Shown here in pieces: positions 37,913 through 51,839 of a DNA stretch of 64,000 nucleotides (the stretch's first letter is position 1; each line of letters starts with the position of its first letter). Source of the stretch: Phyllobates terribilis (taxonomy: Eukaryota); assembly GCF_046119375.1 (NCBI RefSeq), contig NW_027362816.1, forward strand, positions 2,976,001 through 3,040,000, given 5' to 3'. A program made the translations under genes and the position numbers. The notes beneath the pieces are model-generated. The model had not been told where the DNA came from, ran no database searches, and saw nothing but the letters and a program-made list of their open reading frames with translations.

Positions 37913-40900
37913 TTAATCCCTTTTTATTTTGTGTAACTGTATATGCTGTATTAAACATGAACCCTGGGTGAAACATTTCCCACATTCTGGACATGAATAT
38001 GACTTTTCTCCAGTGTTAATTCTTTGATGTTTTTGAAGATCTGGTTTCCGGATAAAACATTTCCCACATTCTGAACATGAATATGGCTTCTCTCCTGTAT
38101 GACTTCTGTAATGTTTATGAAGATCTGGTTTCTGGGTAAAACATTTCCCACATTCTGGACATAAATATGGCTTTTCTCCAGTGTGAATTCTTTGATGTTT
38201 TTGAAGATCTGGTTTCTGGATAAAACATTTACCACATTCTGGACATAAATGTGGCTTTTCTCCAGTGTGAATTCTTTGATGTCTTTGAAGATCTGGTTTC
38301 CGGATAAAACATTTCCCACATTCTGAACATGAATATGGCTTCTCTCCTGTGTGAATTCTTTGATGTTTATGAAGATCTGATTTCTGGAGAAAACATTTCC
38401 CACATTCTGAACATGAATATGGCTTCTCTCCTGTATGACTTCTGTAATGTTTAAGCAAATCTGACTTATTGCTGAAACATTTCGCACATTCTGAACATGA
38501 AAATGGCTTTTCTCCTGTGTGACTTCTTTGATGCATAAGCAATTTAGATTTATGTTCAAAACATTCCCCACATTCTTGACATAAATATGGCTTTTCTCCA
38601 GTGTGAATTCTTTGATGTTTATGAAGATCTGGTTTCTGGATAAAACATTTCCCACATTCTGAACATGAATATGGCTTCTCTCCTGTGTGAAATGTTTGAT
38701 GTTTATGAAGATCTCGTTTCTGGATAAAACATTTCCCACATTCTGAACATGAATATGGCTTCTCTCCTGTATGACTTCTGTAATGTTTAAGCAAATATGA
38801 CTTATCGCTGAAACATTTCCCACATTCTGAACATGAAAACGGCTTTTCTCCTGTGTGACTTCTCTGATGTGAAAGCAATTTATATTTAGTTTTAAAACAT
38901 TTCCCACATTCTGAACAGGAAAATGGTTTCTTCCCTGTGGGAATTATTTGATGTTCGACATCCCTTCTCTGGCTTTCATTTTGCTTAACAGTCTGTGATG
39001 AATCCAAGTAGATGACAGATTGAAAAGGCTCAGATGATTGATTTCTGCTCTGAAGGGCTGGAGGTATAGCTGGAATAATGGCACGCTTTTCATAGGTATC
39101 TGGTTTGACACCACAGTCATCTGCCAAGAATAAATCTGATTTTATTATTTTTTAATATCAATGCCTTATATTTTATAACATTTCTCTATACATAATTCTA
39201 TACAAATCAAAGTATAATGAAACTATGACCTAAGACAGTGGTGAGCCACCTGTGCACAAATCCCATGGTACTGAACCCCTAACGTACCATCGACGAACAT
39301 AATACATATACGCAGAAACTTTTGAGGCAATAAAGGGAGGATTAAAAATAAGCTTTATTACATTACAATCTAAAGCAACAGAGAAAAATACACGCCATAA
39401 AAACAATGAAGATGGGGTATTCCCATCTCTGAGAAACTATACCAATATGTAGTAGGTATAATAAAAATAAGATTAGCAAATATCTCCAATTACAAATGTA
39501 GTATAGTTCTTTTGATTCGCTATGTCGCTTACCCCATGTTCAGGGCATTGCAAGTTAGTTGCTAGTGGTCATAACTATGGATACCTAAGCTACTGCAATG
39601 CTCTGCACATGGGATAAGTGACAAAGAATCAGGAGAACTATACCACATTTCTAATTGGAGTCTGAATAAACCTCGACCTCACACATCGACAGGTACTCCG
39701 AGTGTCCTGGGATCACCACGCTGACGTAGCGACCCTCCATCCCCTTACAGCAAAAGGACATGGTGGCAGAGACCACATTTGTGACTGTGCCGCACACTGG
39801 AATGTTATTGTCAGGGGAGTTCCCGATTCGGACCTCGGCCCCCATCAGTCGCTCCAGACCACAGTCCATCCTGTTAGTTATGGCGATGCTGGATATCTTG
39901 TAGCTCTGGCCCAGGTCCAGCTTCCACCAGGGATCCTTCTCCAGGTTGGTGTGGGTGCAGAAGCCACTACTGAAGTCGGTGTCTTTGTTCCCATCGATGG
40001 CGTTCTTAGCCAATATGCTCCTGGTGGCATACGGATAGTCCGACACCTGGGAGGCCACTCTGGTCCTTGCTATGTTTGTGGCTACAGGTGCCGGAGCGCA
40101 TCCCAGAGCCAGAACCACAGATCCCAGTAGAATCAGAGAAGATGGGGGTCGGTACGTCAGCGTGGTGATCCCAGGACACTCGGAGTACATTTCTAATTGG
40201 AGGCATTTTCTATTATTATTATCCTACCTACTATATTTTGGGATAGGATTTTGGAGGTGAGAATACCCCTTCAAGGCTGTATGCTTAGGACTTATCCAGG
40301 ACTCATCCAGATGCCTCATTCCATTGTTTTTTGTGATTACGTTTATCCCTCTTAAATGGCTTTTTGTATTTTTATGTGTTTTCAACTGCGATCTAATAAA
40401 TTGTATTTTTAATCTCTATATTGTCTCACATTTCTCTGTACACAGTCATGGTTGAAATAGTTGACGCCCTTAAAATTGTTCCAGAAAATGAAGTATTTCT
40501 CCTAGAACATTATTGCAATTACACCTGTTTTGTTATAGACACGTTTATTTCCTTTGTGTGTATTGTCACTGATCTTTTCTAGTGAAATGTTCAATGGAGA
40601 ATCAAAACTGGACCTTGACCAGATTATTACCTGACCCTACTTCTAAACCCTTTTCTGATCTGCCTACATACTTCTTGTTGACCGCAGAATGGTTTGGCTT
40701 CTCACTTGACTGTCCTTCCGGGACGTGTACTGCTGCTAGATATTGACCTTGGCTTCTCCAGCTTAGATGTTCACCTGCCTGACTTCTGTGTGTGGCCCGG
40801 CTCTCTTCTTGACATTCAGCTGTAATCTGGCAACTCACAACTACATTACAATTGGAGACATGGCGCCTTTCTGCAGCAAATAAAATCCCATTTAACCAAT

Positions 40901-42126
40901 GAAACTTTGCTGCCAAAATGCGTTAATCAAAAAAGGTGCAAAAAAAAGCTTTTTTTGTTATGCATCAAATCTATCTGCAAGTAAAATGCACGTCAATTAC
41001 TTGTGTGATCAAACTCATAATATAATGACCACAGGATCTGTGACTTCTCTGTATTTAGTGGTTACTACTCACCTGGGTAGTCATATGTAGGAATCTCCTC
41101 TTTACACCGCTCATCACCCCTCACATATGTCTCTGTAGTATTAATATGGGTCAGATCTTCACCCTGAAACAAATATTGTAAAAGTCACAAACAGATGGAG
41201 AAGTCTCATCTATGATCAGCTCTAATCCTGCCATCTCCACCGCTCTCATTACACAAGTATAAAACATATAATACTGGTGGATAAAACAAGACTGAGCACA
41301 AGACCCTCACAGCTGTCTACACATCATAGGGGAGATCTCATGACACCTTCTCTCCATCTACCTGATGATCCTGAGGAACATTGGGGTCTTCTTGTTTACA
41401 GTCCTGTGGAAGAAGAGGACGGGGACATCTCTCTGGTGTTGTCCTCTTACTGGATAGATCTGGAGGAAACACATACAGGGACTGAATTCATTCTTTACAT
41501 ACAGATAATTATAGGCCGTGTGTAATTAGTCCTATTACCTGGTGATGTGAGGGACTGGGGAACCTCCATCATGAAGTCCTTGTACAGATCTTTGTGTTCT
41601 TCTAAATATTCCCACTCCTCCATGGAGAAATAGACAGCGACATCCTGACATCTTATAGGAACCTGACACATACAATGATACCGTCATCCCCCCGATCCCT
41701 CCATAGCGTTACTGTATAATGTCCCAGCATTCCCAGCAGTGTCACCTCTCCAGTCAGCAGCTCAATCATCTTGTAGGTGAGTTCTAGGATCTTCTGGTCT
41801 TTGATGTCCTCATGTATCAGGGGGTGAGGTGGAGGCCTCGTGATTGGGCTCAGGGGTCTTCCCCATCCCTCAGACACAGGGTTCTGACACCGCTCACTAG
41901 AGGTCTTCTTCACTACTATGTAATCCTGGTTATGGAGAGACACATTAATAAATCTCCCTCCAGACATTTCCAGAGTCCTCACCTCTCCAGTTCTGTCCAT
42001 CTGTTATTCCCATAGATAAGAATGATGTAATGTGACGTCATCAGAATCTCTCACCTCTCCAGTAAGCCGGAAGAGGATCTCTAGGGTGAGGTGGAATATC
42101 CTCTCCGCCATCTTGTCTCTGTCCAT
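37913..42126 (-). CDS. FAX/KRAB-like C2H2 zinc-finger protein B, 590 aa, 12 fingers (finger 11 H->N)
   Basis: Exons 42055..42126 (acceptor at 42195), 41746..41925, 41539..41662, 41362..41459, 41073..41163, 37913..39120. GT-AG introns with the same phases as gene A, 1773 nt open. Confidence 0.88.
39651..40190 (-). CDS. F-type lectin (fucolectin) retrocopy, open 179-aa frame
   Basis: Intronless FTL domain (TNIA...[44 protein letters not shown]). Fucose-binding motif H-x26-R-x-D-x4-R is intact. 16-bp TSD ACATTTCTAATTGGAG at 39645..39660 and 40187..40202. Expression unknown. Confidence 0.85.
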   Translation of the reverse strand: MYSECPGITTLTYRPPSSLILLGSVVLALGCAPAPVATNIARTRVASQVSDYPYATRSILAKNAIDGNKDTDFSSGFCTHTNLEKDPWWKLDLGQSYKISSIAITNRMDCGLERLMGAEVRIGNSPDNNIPVCGTVTNVVSATMSFCCKGMEGRYVSVVIPGHSEYLSMCEVEVYSDSN

Positions 42127-43269
42127 ATCAACCTTTGACAGGAAACTTCTCTTATATAGAAGATCTTCACTGAGAGGATCCGATATTGTAGAGACCTGAA
42201 TGAGAAGAAGATGAGAAGATGTAACGTCATCAATAATTCTATGTAATAATACAATCACTGATTCCGGTATAAAGCAGTAATCTGTGGATCTGATCCTGGA
42301 TGATGCCGGAAGAAGAAGTGGATTTTTATGGCGGCCGTTAATGAGCTTCGCTTTGAGGACCGGAGGAGGTTTGGCCTGAACGCTGCACTCGTGGTGTGAA
42401 CACGGACATAGTAGATTATTTAGGGATATTTTCTTGTCCTGCCCTAAACTTGCTTATTCAAGTGAATAGGTCCACGAAAAAGAACAGCCTGTCCACGGAT
42501 GATAGCTGTGTGTTAAAGAGTTTATCCAGGACTATATTATTTTTATAACTATGGGCAGAAGAAGTAAAAGGCAGATAGTTCCTAACTGCCTGCCTGCCCT
42601 GCCTCAATGTCTGCGGGAACAGAGCGGTCACGGACTGCTCCTGCCAGTGACTCTGCGGCTTCTAATGAGTCACGTAGACGGAGCAGCGGCTTCTCTTTGG
42701 CTCTGCTTTCTTGATGGGACGTGACTGACGACATCACACTGATTGTCAGCTGCCTCCCTGCTGCCTCCCTGCGAGCAGCCAGCGGTCAATCAGAGGGATG
42801 ATTTATTTCACCATGCAAAAAAAAACAGACACAAAATAGACGCATAGTGTGAATAACGGCAAATTCTGAGAGACAATAATGGGGAATCTCCACATACCTC
42901 CACCTGCAGACAGGGCCGCCATCAGGGCATCACTGCCCTTACTGCTGTTTGGGGCCCCGTGAGCAGCAGTACAGAGAGGGGCCGGGTCTAGTCAGGGCCC
43001 CCCTCTTGTGCGTCTGCTCACGGCGCTCCATGCACGGCACTCCATGCTGCAATAAAGTGCCGAGCACTGGGGCGCACACCGCCTTAGATGGCGCACATAT
43101 TGGCACCGAGTTCCTTACTGAAGCTGCGCCGCTGCAGCAGCTCCTTCATACTTCAGGAGTCAGGAGCACCCGGTGGCGGCGTGCACCTCCTCATCGCAAC
43201 AGGAGCGCCAGGATGCTGCAGGGATCGTATGTGGGGTAAGTATGACAATTTAATTTTTTTTTTAAAAAT

Positions 43270-44640
43270 TAAATGGAGTGGGGGGAGGATGAGCTGCACA
43301 TGATGGGGAATTGGGAGTGGAGGGAGGATGAGCTGCACATGGTGGGGAATTTGGAGTGGGAGGAGGATGAGCTGCACATGGGGAATTGACAGTGGGGGAG
43401 GATGAGCTGCACATGGGAATTAGCAGTTGGGGGAGGATGAGCTGCACATCATGGGGAATTTGGAGTGGGAGGAGGATGAACTGCACATGGGGAATTGGCA
43501 GTGGGGAAGGATGAGCTGCACGTGATGGGAAATTGGGAGGGGGGAGAGGATGAGCTGCACATGATGTGGAATTTGGAGTGGGAGGAGGATGAGCTGCACA
43601 TGGGGAATTGGCAGTGGGGGAGGATGAGCTGCACATCGGGAATTATCAGTGGGGGATGATGAGCTGCACGTGATGGGGAATTGGGAGTGGGGAGAGGATG
43701 AGCTGCACATGATGTGGAATTTGGAGTGGGAGGAGGATGAGCTGCACATGGGGAATTGGCAGTGGGGGAGGATGAGCTGCACATGGGGAATTATCAGTGG
43801 GGAGAGGATGAGCTGCACGTGATGGGGAATTGGGAGTGGGGAGAGGATGAGCTGCACATGATGGGGAATTTGGAGTGGGAGGAGGATGAGCTGCATATGG
43901 GGAATTGGCAGTGGGGGAGGATGAGCTGCACATGGGGAATTAGCTGCACATGGGAAATTGGCAGTGGGGGAGGATGAGCTGCACATGGGGAATTATCAGT
44001 GGGGGAGGATGAGCTGCACATGGGGAGTTGGCAGTGGGGGAGGATTAGCTGCACATGGGGAATTAGCAGTGGGGGGAGGATGAGCTGCACGTGATGGGGA
44101 ATTGGCAGTGGGGGAGGATGAGCTGCACGTGATGGGGAATTGCCAGTGGGGGGTGGATGAGCTGCACATAATGATGAGTTGGGAGTGGGGGGAATGTTGG
44201 GTGTGGTGAGGAGGATGAACTGCACATGGGGAATTGGCAGTAGGGGGAGGATGAGCTGCACGTGATGGGGAATTGGCAGTGGGGGAGGATGAGCTGCACG
44301 TGATGGGGAATTGCCAGTGGGGGGTGGATGAGCTGCACATAATGATGAGTTGGAAGTGGGGGGAATGTTGGGAGTGGTGAGGAGAATGAACTGCACATGG
44401 GGAATTGGCAGTGGGGGGTGTGAGCTGCACATGGGGAATTGGGAGTGGAGGGGTGAGCTGCACATGGAGGATTGAGAGTGGGGGGAGGATGAGCGCATGG
44501 TGGATTGGGAGTGGTGGGTGGGAAGAGCGAACGGTGAATTAGGGGTGGGGAGAGCAAATGGTGGATTGAAAAGTGGGAGTGGGGAAAGCACATGATGAAT
44601 TGGGAGTGGGGTGGGGAAAGCAAATGGTGAATGGGGGATG
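43270..44640. repeat. G-rich minisatellite, ~34-37 bp unit GGGGAGGATGAGCTGCACATGGGGAATTGGCAGT
   Basis: Tandem array seen directly inside the hAT element. Confidence 0.92.
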
Positions 44641-45765
44641 AGGGAGAGTAAATGATGAATAGAGGGTGGGGGTGGGGAGAGCAGGAAATAATGAATTGGG
44701 GCAGAGGGTCATGTAAATATAATGAATCGGGGGAGCAGGAGGTACAGAGTGGGGGGCATTGCGGATGCAGGAGTGTGACTGGTAATAAATTCTGGGAAAG
44801 AGTACAGGCTCTAATTAATTTACATATTTATTAGGTGGGGAAAGTGGCTATTTACAGTTATTTGGGGCGCAGGGATGGATTACAATTATATTTGGAATGG
44901 TGGGTTGCATAATGACTAATTATATATTAATGGTGGGTGCACATCTGTATTCAGCTGTGTAATGTAGAAGTTGGGGAATATGCTCTACATAACTGTGTTA
45001 TTTTATTCAAAGACAAGTCCTGGCTGGAAGAAGTGATGGTGGTCTGTGCTGGATGAAGGAGAAAAGTGAAGATGAAGGACTTCAACTAGAGACGTCACTG
45101 GTGAGTCAGTGTATTACATGTACAATGACACTATATACTATGTACAGGGCTCCTGTGTATAATGTCACTGGTGATCACTGTATTACCTGTACACTGACAC
45201 TATATACAGAGCTCCAGTGTATAATGTCACTGATGATCACTATATTACCTGTACACTTACATTATACACTGTATACCATGTACAGAGCTCCGGTGTATAA
45301 TGGCACTTATGGTAATATTAGTATTATGGTTTTTTATTAATGATCAGTATTGTAATAAGGTGACAATGTGGTGGTAACATGTGGTCTGGTCATGGTGTGG
45401 CATTTTTTGTCCCTTCTGTGTGGTATTATTCGGTCACTATGTGGTGGTAATATGTGGTCTGGTCATGGTGCAGCGGTATTCCTTGTATGTGGTATTATTC
45501 GGTCACTATGTGGTGGTAATATGTGGTCCGGTCATGGTGTGGTGGTATTTGATCCTTGTATGTGGTATTATTGGTCATTTTAAAAAATGTGTATGACACA
45601 TTCCCTTAAAGAAAAATAAATAAAAATATACCTAAAAAGAGTATTGGGTACTTTAAGAAAATTTTAATAGGTTAGAATAGAGTAGGGCCCGGCCAGAAGA
45701 GTCTAACTTATCGTGGTGGTGGTTTTAAAAATCTTTTGGCCAAAACAAAAGCTGCTGGCTATGTA

Positions 45766-47293
<1,528 letters not shown>

Positions 47294-47535
47294 TATGTGA
47301 TCTGGTGATCACTGGGAACTGTTAATGTGTGACTGTTGAGGACGGGGTGCAGAAGTGGAGTTTTTCCAAGAGTAGGCGGTGGGACTGTAGAAGGTTCGAG
47401 GGATGGAGGTGGAGCCTGGGCAGAGTCTCAAGGGAGCCTGAAAATTTTGACAGTATGGGGCCCCGAAATTCCTGGTGGCAGCCCTGACTGCAGAGCCGCC
47501 ACCACATACCTCCACCTGCAGAGCCGCCACCACAT

Positions 47536-47709
47536 ATATGGCTGTTCTGTGCGCACAGGAGCTGTGATGAGGTCACAGGAGGGGAGGAGTCAGGGGTCAC
47601 ATGATCAGGGGCCTCAGTGGATGCAGGACTCTGCTGTGCTGGTTGTCATGGTGCTGGATGAGCTGAAGTTTATGTGTGGGGTCAGGAGGGGTTTACAGTG
47701 TGGATGTAG
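47536..47709. promoter_or_regulatory. Conserved upstream module of ZNF B
   Basis: Near-identical to 29589..29760 and 60261..60437. Confidence 0.55.
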
Positions 47710-48782
47710 CAGAGCCGCGTGTACGAGGCGTACGGAGCGGAGCCGCGCGTGTACGAGGCGTGCGGAGCGCAGCCGCGCGTGTACGAGGCGTGCGGAGCGC
47801 AGCCGCGCGTGTACGAGGCGTGCGGAGCGCAGCCGCGCGTGTACGAGGCGTGCGGAGCGCAGCCGCGCGTGTACGAGGCGTGCGGAGCGCAGCCGCGCGT
47901 GTACGAGGCGTGCGGAGCGCAGCCGCGCGTGTACGAGGCGTGCGGAGCGCAGCCGCGCGTGTACGAGGCGTGCGGAGCGCAGCCGCGCGTGTACGAGGCG
48001 TGCGGAGCGCAGCCGCGCGTGTACGAGGCGTGCGGAGCGCAGCCGCGCGTGTACGAGGCGTGCGGAGCGCAGCCGCGCGTGTACGAGGCGTGCGGAGCGC
48101 AGCCGCGCGTGTACGAGGCGTGCGGAGCGCAGCCGCGCGTGTACGAGGCGTGCGGAGCGCAGCCGCGCGTGTACGAGGCGTGCGGAGCGCAGCCGCGCGT
48201 GTACGAGGCGTGCGGAGCGCAGCCGCGCGTGTACGAGGCGTGCGGAGCGCAGCCGCGCGTGTACGAGGCGGACGGAGCCGCGCGTGTACGAGGCGGACGG
48301 AGCCGCGCGTGTACGAGGCGGACGGAGCCGAGCCGCGCGTGTACGAGGCGGACGGAGCCGAGCCGCGCGTGTACGAGGCGGACGGAGCCGAGCCGCGCGT
48401 GTACGAGGCGGACGGAGCCGAGCCGCGCGTGTACGAGGCGGACGGAGCCGAGCCGCGCGTGTACGAGGCGGACGGAGCCGAGCCGCGCGTGTACGAGGCG
48501 GACGGAGCCGAGCCGCGCGTGTACGAGGCGGACGGAGCCGAGCCGCGCGTGTACGAGGCGGACGGAGCCGAGCCGCGCGTGTACGAGGCGGACGGAGCCG
48601 AGCCGCGCGTGTACGAGGCGGACGGAGCCGAGCCGCGCGTGTACGAGGCGGACGGAGCCGAGCCGCGCGTGTACGAGGCGGACGGAGCCGAGCCGCGCGT
48701 GTACGAGGCGGACGGAGCCGAGCCGCGCGTGTACGAGGCGGACGGAGCGGATCTGCGCGTGTACGAGGCGGACGGAGCGGAG
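47710..48782. repeat. CpG-rich 30-bp VNTR, ~36 units in two homogenised blocks
   Basis: Block 1 GTACGAGGCGTGCGGAGCGCAGCCGCGCGT (to ~48270), block 2 GTACGAGGCGGACGGAGCCGAGCCGCGCGT. Confidence 0.97.
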
Positions 48783-48914
48783 CTAAGTTACGTCGCCTCC
48801 TTCTTTCTTTCAATTGGAAACAGAGAGATTTTCTTTGAGGTGCTCAAAGAAAGAAAGAGAGCCTCCTCCACTTAATTATATTATTTACTTTACTGGCTTT
48901 TATGGTGAGCTGGT

Positions 48915-49945
48915 TTTACACCAGGAGAGCCTCCTCCATTATATCTGAGGTACACAGGGAGCGCCTACTCCATTTTATCTGAGGTACACCTGGAGAGCCT
49001 CCTCCATTTTACCTGAGGTACACCAGGAGAGCCTCCTCCATTTTATCTGAGGTACACAGGGAGCGCCTACTCCATTTTATCTGAGGTACACCTGGAGAGC
49101 CTCCTCCATTTTACCTGAGGTACACCGGGAGGGCCTCTTCCATTTTACCTGAGATATACCTGGAGAGCCTCCTCCATTTTACCTGAGGTACACCGGGAGA
49201 GCCTCTTCCATTTTACCTGAGGTACGCCGGGAGAGCCTCTTCCATTTTACCTGAGGTACGCCGGGAGAGCCTCTTCCATTTTACCTGAGGTACGCCGGGA
49301 GAGCCTTCTCCATTTTACCTGAGGTACGCCTGGAGAGCCTCCGACATTTTACCTGAGGTACGCCTGGAGAGCCTCCGACATTTTACCTGAGGTACGCCTG
49401 GAGAGCCTCCGACATTTTACCTGAGGTACGCCTGGAGAGCCTCCGACATTTTACCTGAGGTACGCCTGGAGAGCCTCCGACATTTTACCTGAGGTACGCC
49501 TGGAGAGCCTCCGACATTTTACCTGAGGTACGCCTGGAGAGCCTCCGACATTTTACCTGAGGTACGCCTGGAGAGCCTCCGACATTTTACCTGAGGTACG
49601 CCTGGAGAGCCTCTGACATTTTACCTGAGGTACGCCTGGAGAGCCTCTGACATTTTACCTGAGGTACACCGGGAGAGCCTCTTCCATTTTACCTGAGGTA
49701 CACCGGGAGAGCCTCTTCCATTTTACCTGAGGTACACCTGGAGAGCCTCTTCCATTTTACCTGAGGTACACCTGGAGAGCCTCTTCCATTTTACCTGAGG
49801 TACACCTGGAGAGCCTCTTCCATTTTACCTGAGGTACACCTGGAGAGCCTCCTCCATTTTACCTGAGGTACACCGGGAGAGCCTCCTCCATTTTACCTGA
49901 GGTACGCCTGGAGAGCCTCCTCCATTTTACCTGAGGTACACTGAA
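48915..49945. repeat. 34-bp minisatellite TTTTACCTGAGGTACGCCTGGAGAGCCTCCGACA, ~30 units
   Basis: Head-to-tail units with no unique spacers. Confidence 0.95.
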
Positions 49946-51839
49946 ATAGAGCACATCTTCCATTGTACCCGATGAAAACCGAGCATCCTCCATTTTATCT
50001 CAGGTAGGCTTTGTAAAAGCTCACAGGTTTTTCAATGTAGGGCCTCATTCAGACGTCAGTGATTTTTCTCATACTTAACAATCCAGTCTTATTTTCCTCA
50101 GTGTTTTGGATCAGATTTTCATCAGCGTTTGGTTTTTCAGAGTTGTCATAACGGTAAAAGGTGAACTTTGACACATCATGGGCCTCTTTGGCGCCATTAT
50201 TTGAATGCCCCTCTTATAAAGCTGTCTGACTGTTATATGTGTCTACATGTGGTTATATCCTTAAGAAGTGTCAACTTCGAAAGGTGTCGATAATAAAACG
50301 ACAATTAATACAGTTCTGTGTATCCTGATCCTTTCATCAATCTACCAGCAGCGTGGACCATCCATGTTTTTCCTCCATCTACTTTGGTTTGGTCTGACAA
50401 CCTGTGGATCTGCAGCAGCTGATTACCTACGTCTTGATAACTGTTTTGTGAACACAGCCATACCAGGTTAGCAGAACCCTGTTAAAAATATTTTATTTCA
50501 TACCGGATAAGTCCCTATCGCACTTTCGCTCCTGAGCTCTTGTACAACTTTTAAACATCAGTGATTTTCTCATATTCCCCAATGTGACGACACAGCATTT
50601 GTTCTTGATTAAGCCAGACGTGCTTCTTTGGTGGGTCAAGAAACATAGGCCATTGTTATATGAGCCTTAACGTTGACTCTTGAGTTGACGTTTGTTTCAG
50701 CATATTGTCTTGCTATCCGTGGATGACAGGAACGCAGGTCATTGAACAATTGATTTTTGCTAATATGTTGCTACCATTGTATCAGTCCAGGCAACTTGTT
50801 TACTTGCTAGCAGGGAAGGACAAACTATGCAGTTTGATTAAATACTCAAACAATGAGAGTTGACCACATCTCACCTTCCCCCGGACCTGTGGATGATGGC
50901 CTGAAGAATAGTTGTGACCTATTGAAGGGGGGTGGGGGGGGGAATCTGCCTCTGTTCCCCAGACAGAGAATCTACAGGACGCCAGCTTAAGGGACCACAG
51001 TCCTAGCTGGAAGAATTCAGATCTGCTCAATTGACCATCACCTAACCCTCAAAAACGTTTTGAAGAATCCAGGTTGGGACAATCAGGTCACAGCCTTACC
51101 AAAACCAGGTCAGATCACCAAAGGCAGCATTTGTGTGCAATGTTGATGCTACACAGCCACTCACATATCTGACAATTCATGGAGGCGGTGTTTTGCACCT
51201 GTGCGGCCCCCGCCTTTATCATGGGGTCTGCCGCGTCCGGCTTGTGCTTTGGTGATCTGACCTGGTGTTGGTAAGGCTGTTTTTTTCTTTTTCTGTGATT
51301 TTTTTTGACAATCAGGTCACCAGGCCACATACCTCACTGCACTCGGTTAGCTTCCTAAACTTGCCACTACCTCCTCTCTGTGGGTGCCCGCCAAAAGCTG
51401 GGTGCTACTGGTTGGGGTAGTAGGCATTGGATGCCCTGAAGTCACAGCTGCTCTAATTCCGGCGCGCCAGCGGAAGGGTGAGACTCTGTCTTTTGCACCA
51501 TCTTGTGTATTTGCTGGGACTGTCCTATTTATTATTGTCTGTTTGGTGGTTCAATAAAGTAGTGCCACACTGTTTTACCCTCACCCTATGCTGTTTCAGT
51601 AATATTATGCCCATGGGGAAGGAGTGTGGGAATTCAATGGGATGAGTCCTGGCCGATGCGGTCTATCTAAAGACAGCGGGGCTGTGAACGAGACCACCCA
51701 CAGACCCTCATCTCTTCACACTCCCCCCCCCCCCCCCCAAAAAAAAAGAAGATTTGGCCCAGGACTTTCCCAGTGATTGACAAGTTCCTCCCATAGCGTG
51801 AGACTTGGAGCAGTGTTGAGACAAAGATCTAACTATTGT

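Noticed and set aside
39200-39640. Unassigned sequence flanking the lectin retrocopy (also 40203..40420)
   Set aside because: It may be an older retroelement remnant, but no ORF, terminus or motif could be identified by eye.
47336-48875. Long ORFs of 355-500 aa in several frames
   Set aside because: They arise from a stop-free 30-bp tandem repeat that is open in multiple frames on both strands. The same applies to 60256..62112, 2110..3091, 30270..31681, 43262..44623 and 62298..63435.
48915-49945. CRISPR-like regular 34-bp repeats
   Set aside because: Units are head-to-tail without unique spacers, there are no cas genes, and the context is a vertebrate genome.
51110-51720. Possible additional solo LTR ending TCTTCACA with an AATAAA
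   Set aside because: No matching 5' terminus or TSD could be located, so it was not reported as a feature.
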